A program made the translations under genes and the position numbers. A stretch of DNA of 64,000 bases from IMG/VR virus record IMGVR_UViG_3300027628_000007, one strand, 5' to 3'. Positions 16,512-26,447 of the stretch are shown here, piece by piece. This DNA comes from a virus (Duplodnaviria; Heunggongvirae; Uroviricota; Caudoviricetes). How positions within the stretch are numbered: position 1 is the stretch's first letter; the number at the start of each line of letters is the position of its first letter. A model generated the notes under the pieces. It was not told the origin of the DNA. It saw nothing but the letters and a program-made list of their open reading frames with translations, and did not search any database.

Positions 16512-18599
16512 TTAAATTGTACAGCTAATGCAGTCATCAGCGTTCAAGTTTCTAGTTCTTGTATAGTACAGGCTCTTTAAACCTTTCTTGTGAGCGTAGA
16601 TATACAATCTAGCTAACTCATTTGTTGCAATGTCGCTGTTAACGAATAGCGTACAACTAATGCCTTGGTCGATATGACGTTGCCATGTAGCAATTACATC
16701 AACCATATCATACATATCCATATCGTAAGCTGTAGTGTAGTACCAGAATGTATCACGATTCAGATAAGGCATTGGATAGTGCGTAGTAGAATCTCCATAT
16801 ACACGTGTTTCTACATGCTCTGTGATTGGCATTAATCCACTTGTAGATGAATGTACATAACTGATATTTCCTGTAGGAGCAATCGCATTCAGATACGCAT
16901 GGTATAATCCGTACTCTTGGATATCTTCGATTAATTGTTTCCAATCTTCGATAGAAGGAATCTCAATTCCTCTTAATACCTCTTTAACCTTTTCTGTCAC
17001 AGGCTCATGGCTATTGTGGATGTATTGCTCTAATCCTTTACCTTTTGCATATGTACTCTTATCAAAGTGTTTAAATGTCGTCTTACGTTCTTTAGCAATC
17101 TGCATAGAGCGTTCTAAAGAATAGAATCGAATTAACGCACCTAAAACATTTGATAAGTCTATGGACTCTTCACTGCCATAAACTATTTCATTCTTAGCAA
17201 ATAATCCATGTAGGTTCATTGCTCCTAGACCAATAGAATGCATGTCATCGTTTGCTTTCTTAACCGATGGCACTTCATCAATTGATGTATCATCTGCAAC
17301 TGCTGTTAAAGCATCAATCGCTAGATGGATAGCTTCTTTAGCCATTCCGTTCTCAACTAGTTTCACAAGATTCAATGACCCTAGATTACAAGAGATATCA
17401 TATCCAAATGTGTCTTCACCTTGATATCCTTGGATGTCAGAAGGCGTTTGAGCTTGGAAGATTTCTGTACAAAGATTTGACATCTTGATACTAGATAAAT
17501 CTCCTAAGTGATGTAAGCGGTTTGCATTATCACGATACATGAAGTATGGGTAACCAGATGCCAATTGAGTTTTAGCAATTGTAGTTAGCATATCACGTGC
17601 ATCTAGCTTACGCTTTTTAACATCTCTATCATTTACTAGCTTATCGTACCACTCATTCATGTCTAATTCATCTAAATGCACTCCATATTTTTTGAATACT
17701 GAATATGGTTTAAAGACGAAGAATGGCTCATTTTTCTCTGCCAATTCGAAGAATTTGTCTGGGGCAATTACACCGATAGACAACGTTTTTAAACGCTTCT
17801 TCTCATCAACGTTGATTTGTTTTGTATCTAAGAAGTCTTCGATATCGTCATGGAAGATGTTTAAATACGCAACACCACTACCATTACGCTGTCCTAATTG
17901 GTTGAAGTGAGAGAAAGTATCTTCTAATAGTTTCGCAACACCAACAACACCAGAGGAAGCATTTTCCACACCTTTAATTGCTTCGCCACTTGCACGTAGT
18001 TTAGATAGGTTAAGACCAACTCCACCACCAAATCGTGATAGCTGTGCAGATGATTGTACAATGTACATGATACCTTCTGTAGTATCTGGGCAATCTAGTA
18101 AGAAACATGAAACCATTCGTCCACTACGTTTACGTCCTGCATTTAGGAAAGTAGGTGTAGCAGGTTGATAGTTTTGATTGATTAAGTTTCTTACATGTGC
18201 TTTCGCTTTTTCATAATCGCCTTGTGCAAGATATAGAGCATTAACTGCTACTCGGTCTTCGTATCGCTCTAAATACTTCTTACCATCATTTGTCTTTAAC
18301 GCATAGTTATTGTAAAACTTGAATGCAGACATAAACGATGGGAATCTAAATTTCTTGCCATAGGCTATGTTAAATACTGTCTTCACTTGCTGATATGTAT
18401 ATTGATTGATAACTTTCTCATCGTAATATTCGTTCTCAATCAAGTAGTCTAGCTTCTCACGTAGATTGTGGAAGAAGACTGTTTCTTCGTTTACGTGACT
18501 AATAAAGTAATCACGCACCGCTTCTTTATCTTTTTCAATTTGATAGAATCCGTCTACCAGATTCTTTACCTCATTATTTAGCTCAATGTACTTCGCCAA
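16512..18599 (-). CDS. nrdE: ribonucleotide reductase class Ib alpha subunit
   Basis: 695 aa; catalytic NLCTEI region; C-terminal Cys pair ...DDCISCTI; nrdI-nrdE-nrdF order. Confidence 0.9.
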   Translation of the reverse strand: MAKYIELNNEVKNLVDGFYQIEKDKEAVRDYFISHVNEETVFFHNLREKLDYLIENEYYDEKVINQYTYQQVKTVFNIAYGKKFRFPSFMSAFKFYNNYALKTNDGKKYLERYEDRVAVNALYLAQGDYEKAKAHVRNLINQNYQPATPTFLNAGRKRSGRMVSCFLLDCPDTTEGIMYIVQSSAQLSRFGGGVGLNLSKLRASGEAIKGVENASSGVVGVAKLLEDTFSHFNQLGQRNGSGVAYLNIFHDDIEDFLDTKQINVDEKKRLKTLSIGVIAPDKFFELAEKNEPFFVFKPYSVFKKYGVHLDELDMNEWYDKLVNDRDVKKRKLDARDMLTTIAKTQLASGYPYFMYRDNANRLHHLGDLSSIKMSNLCTEIFQAQTPSDIQGYQGEDTFGYDISCNLGSLNLVKLVENGMAKEAIHLAIDALTAVADDTSIDEVPSVKKANDDMHSIGLGAMNLHGLFAKNEIVYGSEESIDLSNVLGALIRFYSLERSMQIAKERKTTFKHFDKSTYAKGKGLEQYIHNSHEPVTEKVKEVLRGIEIPSIEDWKQLIEDIQEYGLYHAYLNAIAPTGNISYVHSSTSGLMPITEHVETRVYGDSTTHYPMPYLNRDTFWYYTTAYDMDMYDMVDVIATWQRHIDQGISCTLFVNSDIATNELARLYIYAHKKGLKSLYYTRTRNLNADDCISCTI

Positions 18600-18616
18600 A
18601 AAAAATCACCTTACCC

Positions 18617-18862
18617 TTAATTTAATGTATCTTCTTGCTGTACAATCCAGTCACCTTCGGCAACGTTTCGTAAAACTGCTTCCTCTAAGTAATATGTGAA
18701 AGTTTCATCAACATCTATGCCGAAATCCTCTTCACTATTCCACTTCTCATCCCACTCAACCTTGTACATCCCATCTTCAACTTTCGTTGCAGTGAAAATC
18801 ACCTTATCGTCATTATCAAAACAATAGTTTCTTGGGTGTAACTTAAATTCAAATTTTTCCAT
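18617..18862 (-). CDS. hypothetical protein between nrdI and nrdE
   Basis: ORF track. Confidence 0.6.
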   Translation of the reverse strand: MEKFEFKLHPRNYCFDNDDKVIFTATKVEDGMYKVEWDEKWNSEEDFGIDVDETFTYYLEEAVLRNVAEGDWIVQQEDTLN

Positions 18863-19320
18863 TATCCTTCAATCTCCTTCACTCGTTTAATAAATTCTTC
18901 AACATCACTCTTAGTACCATCATTCTCAAATTTGAGTAAAAGAGGTACGTTAAACTGTTTAGAAATCTTAACTCCTGCTTCTGCAAACATTGGTATCCAG
19001 TTGCGATTACCGCTAGATGCGACAGCTTTCATATTGAGGAAGTTACCTCTTCTAAGGAATTTAGCTGTAGAGTCTGGGATATTACCCATGCCTGTTGTAT
19101 ATGTAACAAGTACAAAAGGCTCTTTTACTATTAATCCTTCTTCGATTTTGACAGCTTCTAAACCCACTTTATTGATGAATCTCTCAACGTTGCCTGTGAA
19201 GCTGTCATAGACTAGAATCATTGAATCACCCCTTTCAAGAATTAATTCGAGAGACACAACATCTTGTATCTCTCGGAATGACATACTACTAATTATATCA
19301 TTATAATTAGCTCTTGTCAA
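18862..19320 (-). CDS. nrdI: NrdI flavodoxin-like protein
   Basis: N-terminal MILVYDSFTGNVERF matches the NrdI FMN-binding signature (Y.S.TGNT.RF); located upstream of nrdE. Confidence 0.8.
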   Translation of the reverse strand: MTRANYNDIISSMSFREIQDVVSLELILERGDSMILVYDSFTGNVERFINKVGLEAVKIEEGLIVKEPFVLVTYTTGMGNIPDSTAKFLRRGNFLNMKAVASSGNRNWIPMFAEAGVKISKQFNVPLLLKFENDGTKSDVEEFIKRVKEIEG

Positions 19321-19759
19321 GTAACGTGCTATGTTTCATTTTAGTTTCAAGGAGGTCTGCTACTGCATCAAGCTCTTTATCAATTAGTTCAGAGATTGCA
19401 TTAAACAGCTCTTCACCAGTCATCTTTTCGAATCGTGGCACTCGCTTGCAGAATCCCTTCCAATCGTTGCCGTTCACTGGTACTACAACATGTTCGAAAA
19501 ACATCTCCTTTGGTCGTAACCAGTAATTACCTTCAATATCTTTGTAGAAGCAAAGGATGCCTTCATATTTCCCATCATCGAATGCATAATGAGAGCCACC
19601 AGTTGCCTTATCATGGACTAATAGGACAGTTATCATTTCTTCTGTTTCGGTATGTTTTGCGACTTCAAATACTTCAACTTTGACATTTTTATCTGGTGTG
19701 AATTTGGTTGCATACCCGACCATAAGGTATAGACCACCTTTATAATGTCTGTAAATCAT
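19307..19759 (-). CDS. DUF1653-like protein
   Basis: N-terminal YRHYKGGLY motif. Confidence 0.55.
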   Translation of the reverse strand: MIYRHYKGGLYLMVGYATKFTPDKNVKVEVFEVAKHTETEEMITVLLVHDKATGGSHYAFDDGKYEGILCFYKDIEGNYWLRPKEMFFEHVVVPVNGNDWKGFCKRVPRFEKMTGEELFNAISELIDKELDAVADLLETKMKHSTLLDKS

Positions 19760-19782
19760 CTTTACCCCTCCTAATTTAGTAA

Positions 19783-19814
19783 TATACAGGGACTATCAAG
19801 CGACAATCCCTGTA
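19783..19814 (-). other. stem-loop (9-bp stem ATACAGGGA/TCCCTGTAT, 14-nt loop) without U tract, between HNH and DUF1653 genes
   Basis: Read from sequence. Confidence 0.35.
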
Positions 19815-19830
19815 TAAAAGCTGTCTTTTA

Positions 19831-20322
19831 TTAATCGAATGACCAGTCATATCCTTTACATTGCCAACCATTCTTGCAAGCTCTTGATATGGTAGAGAAG
19901 TGTACACCGATTTCTCTTGATGCATGAGCGATACTTTCATATTCTCTCACTAATTTACCATCCTTCATTTGCTTTACAGTTTTCTTTTGAGCATCATGAT
20001 TTCCTACGCCCCAAGACTTACTTGCATTGTTTTCATTTGCCATCCATTGCAGATTGTCTGCATGATTATTTCTAGGGTCATTATCCTTATGGTCAACTGT
20101 ATCATGGTTATTAGGATTATCTAAGAATGCTAGTGCAACTACTTGATGCACCGAAACATTCTTCCTTGTACCATTGTGATATAGTGTTACAACTTGGTAG
20201 CCCTTTTTACCTCTGTCACAAGACTTCAAAGCCTTGCCTTCTTTATTTAGGATATTCCCATCATATGTGACACTATATGATGGGAATCCTAGAAAGTCTA
20301 AGCTCTTACTTCTTGTCTGCAT
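19831..20322 (-). CDS. HNH homing endonuclease with C-terminal HTH
   Basis: VDHKDNDPRNNHADNLQW (HNH); C-terminal IENR/HTH-like ...IAHASREIGVHFSTISRACKNG. Confidence 0.85.
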   Translation of the reverse strand: MQTRSKSLDFLGFPSYSVTYDGNILNKEGKALKSCDRGKKGYQVVTLYHNGTRKNVSVHQVVALAFLDNPNNHDTVDHKDNDPRNNHADNLQWMANENNASKSWGVGNHDAQKKTVKQMKDGKLVREYESIAHASREIGVHFSTISRACKNGWQCKGYDWSFD

Positions 20323-21136
20323 CTACAATCGCCTGTCCTGTTTGTACAGTAACCCAACCATGTTGTAAGCGTGCTTCCGCTTCGATTTTTTGGATTAACT
20401 GTGGTGTAATTGATTCTTGAATCTTTTTGTTCGCATCTGCTTCGGCTTGTGCATCAATCATTTTCTTCTGTGCATTACCTTGTGCTTCAATTTTTTGTTT
20501 TTCAGCAGTGATTTCAGCTTTTTGTTTCTCAACTTCTAAAGCTTTAACCTCTTGCTGTTTGTTTACTACTTGTTGGATAGCTTCTTTAGTCTGTGCATCG
20601 TATTCTGGTGTTCCTAATACTACAGATGTAACAGTGAATCCTTTCTTACCAACTTTCTTAGTGAAGGCTTCCATAATCTTAGTTTGAATCTCTGCACGAT
20701 TAGAGTTAAGTTCTAAGATTGTGTATTTAGATGCCACTTCCGATGCTACACCCACCATACTGTTACGTAAGTACCCTTTCTCTAAAGCTTCTGGTTTCTG
20801 TCCACGCCACTCACGATAAATGTCATCAACCTTCTGTGGGTCGTTGTGGTAGTCAAACACGATTGGAATTGTGATAGTCTTCGTATCTGCTGTTGGTAAT
20901 GATAGATTGTATTTTACTGTCTCTACTGAAATTGGGTACTCTGTAATCTTTGCAAATGGCGATACGAAGTTTAATCCTTCTGTTAATACTTCACTTTGTA
21001 CTCCACCTTGCGTGCGGTCAAATACTACCCCTGCATGTCCTTGACTTACAACCTCTGTAAAGTTTAACCATGCTGTCAATCCAACTACTCCAACTACTCC
21101 TGCAATAATTCCTCTTTTAGCTACTCGATTCAACAT
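20306..21136 (-). CDS. SPFH/band-7 (stomatin/prohibitin-like) membrane protein
   Basis: N-terminal TM helix, SPFH core (HAGVVFDRTQGGV...), C-terminal Ala/Glu/Lys-rich coiled coil. Confidence 0.75.
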   Translation of the reverse strand: MLNRVAKRGIIAGVVGVVGLTAWLNFTEVVSQGHAGVVFDRTQGGVQSEVLTEGLNFVSPFAKITEYPISVETVKYNLSLPTADTKTITIPIVFDYHNDPQKVDDIYREWRGQKPEALEKGYLRNSMVGVASEVASKYTILELNSNRAEIQTKIMEAFTKKVGKKGFTVTSVVLGTPEYDAQTKEAIQQVVNKQQEVKALEVEKQKAEITAEKQKIEAQGNAQKKMIDAQAEADANKKIQESITPQLIQKIEAEARLQHGWVTVQTGQAIVDADKK

Positions 21137-21314
21137 AATATCATTCTCCCTTTTTTATAATTTTTTGTTTTTTATGTAAGAGTGTCATAGACACGTGTTA
21201 CCTATTTCTTGATAAACTTACCAGAAACCCACCAACCAACTGCTGAAAGTAATATTAACATTGTAACGTAGTACATTTGAGAATCACATCCTTTAAGTTT
21301 CTCTCTCTCAACCT

Positions 21315-21343
21315 TATGCACTTATTATATCATTATTTTTTGT
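21315..21343 (-). promoter_or_regulatory. sigmaA-type promoter (TAGACA-17-TATAAT)
   Basis: attata tcattattttttgtgct tgtcta. Confidence 0.6.
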
Positions 21344-21371
21344 GCTTGTCTACATCTTTTTTAAATCTTTT

Positions 21372-23513
21372 TTAAAAATCTCCTGCTCTTAGATATTTTC
21401 CGACACCTGCACTTGCTGTGCGGTAATAATCGACAACATCTAAATGCTCTTCCTTGACATCAAGATACTTATGTACAAAGCTGTCATTCTTAGATTTCAT
21501 AGCCTGTATACCAATTGTTGTTTTACTTGTCTTAGAGTTAATCATAGACGTATTGAAAACAAGAATCTTGTCGATACTAGACCACGCTACTAAATCAATA
21601 TCTTCATGGATATGATTGAAGTATAGAGCCTTCTTATTTGCATAGGCATTCTTTATCATTTTACGATTCGTTTTGGTTTCGTAGGCAGATAATTCAATCT
21701 TCGCTACCTTACCATCTTTAAATCCAATCAATAGATTGCCTGTGTAATCATTTGTTACTGTTGCAAATAATACTTGCTCATTCTCTAATCCTAATAAGGA
21801 TGGCAGATACTCACCTAGTACAGATGGCTTATGGTCTTTGATATCATAAGTCTTATATTTGTAGCAGTTGTGCTTATCAGTGAATACTAGAATGTCTGAA
21901 TTATTAGTAGTTTCAATCTCACTGATAATTTCATCGCCTTCCTTAATACTAATATTATAGTTTCCACGAAGAGATGTCAATGGTATTTTCTTTAAATATC
22001 CATCTTTTGTGATAAAAACTTTTACATTGTAATCATCAATAGTAACAGCTTCTTTCTCTGCTTTCGCAACTGCTGTTGCTTCAATGATTCCAGACTTACG
22101 CTCTTTACCATGATTCTTTTTAACCTCTTCCAATTGACTTACAATCAATTCTGCAAGGCGTTTACGATTAGTAATTAAATCTTGAAGGTCGGCTATCTCT
22201 TCTTCAAGGACTTCAATTTCGCTTGTACGTTCGAGTAAATATTCTTCATTTAAATTCTGTAATTTATATTCTCCAACGTACTCTGCTTGCTTCTCATCAA
22301 TGTCAAAGCCTTCCATAAGATTTCCTACAACATCTTTCTTTTTCTTTGTTCCACGAATGATTCTAATAGCTTTATCAATGTCTAGCAACACTTGTCTTAA
22401 AGCGAGTAATAGATGTCTCTTATCAGTCTTTTTACCAATATCAAACATCATTCCACGTTTAATAGATTCCGCTCTGAATTTCAACCATTCATGCACAATA
22501 CCTTTAATCCCTAGCACTCTAGGTCTTCCATCAATAACAACGTTGAAGTTACAAGCATATGTAGATTGTAAAGGAGTCATACGGAAAAGTTTCTCAACTA
22601 ACGCTTCTTTATCCGTATTCTTCTTCACTGAAACTCTAATGCCTTTAGATTTGATACCATAAATATCATTCACATCAACGATATCTTTAATTTTTCCTTC
22701 TTTTACTAGCTCTGCAATCTTATCAATGATTACCTCAAATGTTGATGTATAAGGCAACTCTTCGAATACAATTGCATCTTTCTCAAACTTATACGTAGCA
22801 CGAATCGTAAACGTTCCTCTACCAGTGTCAAAGATTTTCTCAAATGTGTTCTTATCATAGATTATATTTCCACCTGTTGGAAAATCTGGGGCTTTAATAT
22901 AATCAGATACATTTGCAGTCTTTGGACTTCTGATATAAGCCATCGTATAATCTAGCACCTCATTCAGATTGAATGGAGCAATGCTACTTGCCATACCAAC
23001 TGCTGTACCGCTTTGAGGATTCACAAGAATCATAGGAATTGTTACAGGTAATAACTTCGGCTCTTTCAGAGTCCCATCATAGTTATCTACCATGTCAACT
23101 ACATCCTTATTGATATCTCTGAATAACTCTTTCGCAAAAGCTTCTAGCTTTACTTCTGTGTAACGTGCAGAAGCGTATTGCATGTTCTTAGAATACTGCT
23201 TACCAAAGTTCCCTTTGGAATCAATGAATGGATGTAAGAGTGCATCTGCATCTCTTGCCATACGTACTAGAGTTTCATAGATTGCACCATCACCATGAGG
23301 ATGTAGGAACATTGTCTGCCCTACAATCCCTTGTGACTTCTTACGTCCACTCGTTATTAAACCCATCTTCATCATTGTGTATAGAATACGTCTTTGAGAA
23401 GGCTTAAACCCATCAATCTCTGGCAAAGCCCTTTCTTGAATAACATATGCTGTATATGGCATATAGTTACATCTTAACGCTTCTATAATACTTTGTTCAA
23501 TTACTGTTACCAT
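21372..23513 (-). CDS. type IIA topoisomerase subunit A (GyrA/ParC-like)
   Basis: N-terminal YAMSVI-like region, active-site tyrosine motif ASARYTEVKL (compare GyrA AAMRYTE). Confidence 0.9.
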   Translation of the reverse strand: MVTVIEQSIIEALRCNYMPYTAYVIQERALPEIDGFKPSQRRILYTMMKMGLITSGRKKSQGIVGQTMFLHPHGDGAIYETLVRMARDADALLHPFIDSKGNFGKQYSKNMQYASARYTEVKLEAFAKELFRDINKDVVDMVDNYDGTLKEPKLLPVTIPMILVNPQSGTAVGMASSIAPFNLNEVLDYTMAYIRSPKTANVSDYIKAPDFPTGGNIIYDKNTFEKIFDTGRGTFTIRATYKFEKDAIVFEELPYTSTFEVIIDKIAELVKEGKIKDIVDVNDIYGIKSKGIRVSVKKNTDKEALVEKLFRMTPLQSTYACNFNVVIDGRPRVLGIKGIVHEWLKFRAESIKRGMMFDIGKKTDKRHLLLALRQVLLDIDKAIRIIRGTKKKKDVVGNLMEGFDIDEKQAEYVGEYKLQNLNEEYLLERTSEIEVLEEEIADLQDLITNRKRLAELIVSQLEEVKKNHGKERKSGIIEATAVAKAEKEAVTIDDYNVKVFITKDGYLKKIPLTSLRGNYNISIKEGDEIISEIETTNNSDILVFTDKHNCYKYKTYDIKDHKPSVLGEYLPSLLGLENEQVLFATVTNDYTGNLLIGFKDGKVAKIELSAYETKTNRKMIKNAYANKKALYFNHIHEDIDLVAWSSIDKILVFNTSMINSKTSKTTIGIQAMKSKNDSFVHKYLDVKEEHLDVVDYYRTASAGVGKYLRAGDF

Positions 23514-23537
23514 TGTACCAATCCTTTCTATGTTTAC

Positions 23538-23567
23538 ATTATATCATTATCTTTAGCGTTTAGTCAA
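23538..23567 (-). promoter_or_regulatory. sigmaA-type promoter (TTGACT-18-TATAAT) upstream of topo II A subunit gene
   Basis: Family spacer ...AAAGATAATGA. Confidence 0.5.
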
Positions 23568-25524
23568 GCACATTTTCAATATATTTATGTAAATTATTTT
23601 CGATGTACTCTTTACGACCTTCTAAATTATCGCCCAAGAATAATTCAAATGTCTTCATAGTCTCTTCAAAATTATCTGGTTTGATTTGAATAAGCCTACG
23701 TGTCTCTGGATTCATCGTAGTATCCCACATCATTTCAGCCGTATTCTCACCAAGACCTTTTGAGCGTTGGATTGTATAGCTTCCACTCATTTTAGAAACA
23801 ATCTCATCCTTCTCTGCATCACTGTATGCGAATACGGATACATCATTCTGTGTAATCTCATATAATGGAGATTCAGCAATATGTATAATCCCTTCTTCAA
23901 TAAGTGTAGGCATCAAACGATAAATCATTGTAAGAATAAGCGTTCTAATATGGAAGCCATCAACGTCTGCATCTGTTGCAATGATTACTTTTGACCAACG
24001 TAAGTTTTCAAGGTCAAACGTATTTAAATCTTTTGCGTGCTTAGACTTGACTTCTACACCGCATCCAAGAATCTTAATTAAATCCACGATAATATCATTC
24101 TTGAAAATCTTATCATAGTCTGCTTTAAGACAGTTAAGAATCTTACCACGCAATGCATAAATAGCTTGAAATAATGGGTCACGACCCTGCTGTGTTGACC
24201 CTAAGGCAGATTTACCTTCCACGATGTAAAACTCTGTGATAGCCTTATCTTTAGACGTACAGTTAACGAATCCATCTACACGTGCAGTTAAGTTATTAAC
24301 TGTACCAGACAGCTTCTTCTTGAAGTCTAAACGTGTCTTCTCTGCTTTCTCACGACTACGCTTATTAACAAGTACCTGTGTAAAGATAAGTTTTGCTTCA
24401 TTTGGATTCTCAACAAAGTAGACTTCTAATTGCTCACGCAACCATTTTGTCACTTCTTGTTTCATAAAGTCAGAGCCAATCTTTTTCTTCGTTTGGTCTG
24501 TGAATAATGAAATCGTTGAGTACGTACTTGTTACAACGATTAAACTATCAGCAATATCATCAAATGATATTTTCTTTTCGCTCTTATTATACAAGTTCTG
24601 GTCTTTCAAGAATTTGTCAATTACATATGTAAATGAGTTCTTAATGAAATCCTCTGGTGTACCGCCATTCTCCAACCATGAAGCATTGTGATAGTAGCGA
24701 TTGAATGATGTCTCACGATTGAAACTAAAATAGATATCAGCTTTAATCTTGTAGTCTTTATCAGCTTCATTATCTCGACCTTTCTGCTCTGTAGACAGAT
24801 ATTTCACCTCTGTTAACATATGCTCTTCGTTCGATAATGATTTGATATAATCTACTACACCATTCTCATAGTAAAATTCTTTTGTCTCTCCTGTGTTTTC
24901 ATTGATGAAAGTAAATTTCATTCCACCATTTACAATGGCTTGGTCTTCAAGTGCAGTGATGATAAATTCATCATCAATCTCACCTTTACCACGAAAACAT
25001 TCAGCAGATGGTCGCCAAGTAATAGATGTACCAATAGGTTCATCTGGATTGGAAACTATTGATAGACCAGTTGGCGATTCAATCCCTTTATCATATTCTA
25101 CAGTGTATATCTTATTTTTAGAATATGATGCAACCCACATAAAATCAGATGTGTAGTTCGTACCAGTTGCACCAACACCGTTAGTACCTAATGAATATTC
25201 GTAGTTACCACCATCGTCATCATTATTGTTGTACTTACCACCTGCCCACAATTCGTCAAAGACTTTCTTGTAAGCATATTCACCCTTTTCATTCTTATCC
25301 ATTGGCACGCCACGCCCAAAGTCTCGTACAGTAACGGATTTATCAATGTTCTTTTTTACAATGATTTCGTCACCGAATCCTGCACGCCCTTCGTCAATTG
25401 AGTTCCCTAGAATCTCTAGGAAGGTGTGATTGTGGCTTTCTAAACCGATTGAAGCAGGTTTAGCTCTCACACCTCCTAGAATCCCTAAAGATTCAATGGC
25501 ATTCTCGTTGTATTGTTTTGTCAT
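23560..25524 (-). CDS. type IIA topoisomerase subunit B (GyrB/ParE-like ATPase + Toprim)
   Basis: GHKL ATPase N-terminus (LEILGNSIDE), Toprim YIVEGKSALGS, ALRGKILN motif. Confidence 0.9.
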   Translation of the reverse strand: MTKQYNENAIESLGILGGVRAKPASIGLESHNHTFLEILGNSIDEGRAGFGDEIIVKKNIDKSVTVRDFGRGVPMDKNEKGEYAYKKVFDELWAGGKYNNNDDDGGNYEYSLGTNGVGATGTNYTSDFMWVASYSKNKIYTVEYDKGIESPTGLSIVSNPDEPIGTSITWRPSAECFRGKGEIDDEFIITALEDQAIVNGGMKFTFINENTGETKEFYYENGVVDYIKSLSNEEHMLTEVKYLSTEQKGRDNEADKDYKIKADIYFSFNRETSFNRYYHNASWLENGGTPEDFIKNSFTYVIDKFLKDQNLYNKSEKKISFDDIADSLIVVTSTYSTISLFTDQTKKKIGSDFMKQEVTKWLREQLEVYFVENPNEAKLIFTQVLVNKRSREKAEKTRLDFKKKLSGTVNNLTARVDGFVNCTSKDKAITEFYIVEGKSALGSTQQGRDPLFQAIYALRGKILNCLKADYDKIFKNDIIVDLIKILGCGVEVKSKHAKDLNTFDLENLRWSKVIIATDADVDGFHIRTLILTMIYRLMPTLIEEGIIHIAESPLYEITQNDVSVFAYSDAEKDEIVSKMSGSYTIQRSKGLGENTAEMMWDTTMNPETRRLIQIKPDNFEETMKTFELFLGDNLEGRKEYIENNLHKYIENVLD

Positions 25525-25553
25525 GTAACCATCCTTCCAAACTTGATGTACCT

Positions 25554-25582
25554 AGTATATCATTATAATTTGCTTCTGTCAA
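25554..25582 (-). promoter_or_regulatory. sigmaA-type promoter (TTGACA-17-TATACT) upstream of topo II B subunit gene
   Basis: agtata tcattataatttgcttc tgtcaa. Confidence 0.6.
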
Positions 25583-25583
25583 C

Positions 25584-26354
25584 CTATGCTACTAATTTAT
25601 TTTTAACTAATTGCATGATTAGGTTGTCGATATGTAATTTAAGCTCTTCATTTGGTTTCTGTGAGCGGTACTTATCTTTCAGATGTACGAATTGTGCATC
25701 GTGGATATGATTAACTAGACGTTCAAAGCTTTCTTGATTCCAGAAACCATATTTGATTTCATGCATAAAGAATACTTCTTCGCCTTCATATCGCAATGCT
25801 TTCTCTGGATTCTTAAATCCTAATGCTTCATACTTGATTGCAAAGTCTAACAAGCGATAAGCGTGCTGTGCTTGCTTTGTATCGAATCCAAATAGGTCTA
25901 CTAATACTTGTGTACCTTCTGTACCTTTAGGCAACAGCTTCATCTTTTGTTTAAATGTACCGCCAAGAGCATCAAATAGCTTTGGAAGGTTCATGTTAAA
26001 GATGTCATAACGTAAATCATAAAGCTCTTTTAATTCCTTGCTATCTTCAAGATACAGCTCTTTAGAGATTAAAGGCTCTAAGTAATTCAAGTTAGCCTTC
26101 CAGAACAAGTCTGGGAGCTTACGGATGTCGTGCACATCATAATCTGCATCTGCACCGATGATGCTTTCTGCAAACATCTTCTGCTTGTACAGCTCTTCAA
26201 ATGTAGGAGTTACAAATGCTTTGTAATCCTTGTCAGATGCAAGGATAATCTTGCCACTGATTTTCTTTTCACCTGTTGCTAGATTGTAATTGTTTGACCC
26301 TACTAATGCTTGTACTAATACTTCTCTTCCTAAGATTGTTTTCATGTTTTTCAT
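25584..26354 (-). CDS. hypothetical protein (256 aa)
   Basis: ORF track; own promoter copy upstream. Confidence 0.6.
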   Translation of the reverse strand: MKNMKTILGREVLVQALVGSNNYNLATGEKKISGKIILASDKDYKAFVTPTFEELYKQKMFAESIIGADADYDVHDIRKLPDLFWKANLNYLEPLISKELYLEDSKELKELYDLRYDIFNMNLPKLFDALGGTFKQKMKLLPKGTEGTQVLVDLFGFDTKQAQHAYRLLDFAIKYEALGFKNPEKALRYEGEEVFFMHEIKYGFWNQESFERLVNHIHDAQFVHLKDKYRSQKPNEELKLHIDNLIMQLVKNKLVA

Positions 26355-26374
26355 CCTTTCGTTATTACTCTCTG

Positions 26375-26403
26375 ATTATATCATTATCATTATCTATTGT
26401 CAA
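26375..26403 (-). promoter_or_regulatory. sigmaA-type promoter, perfect TTGACA-17-TATAAT
   Basis: attata tcattatcattatctat tgtcaa; immediately downstream of terminator 26413..26447. Confidence 0.7.
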
Positions 26404-26412
26404 CAGCCTGTT

Positions 26413-26447
26413 TCAAAAAAGTTAAGGAATGAATTAAATCATTCCTT
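26413..26447 (-). terminator. Rho-independent terminator (9-bp stem AAGGAATGA/TCATTCCTT, 6-nt loop, T6 tract on minus strand); bidirectional in form
   Basis: Read directly from sequence; stop codon of the upstream gene lies in the stem. Confidence 0.7.

Noticed and set aside
21137-21314. 24-aa TM peptide ORF (MYYVTMLILLSAVGWWVSGKFIKK) and GTGTC-ata-GACAC hairpin in the SPFH upstream region
   Set aside because: The RBS spacing is poor (12 nt) and the hairpin lacks a U tract, giving insufficient support.
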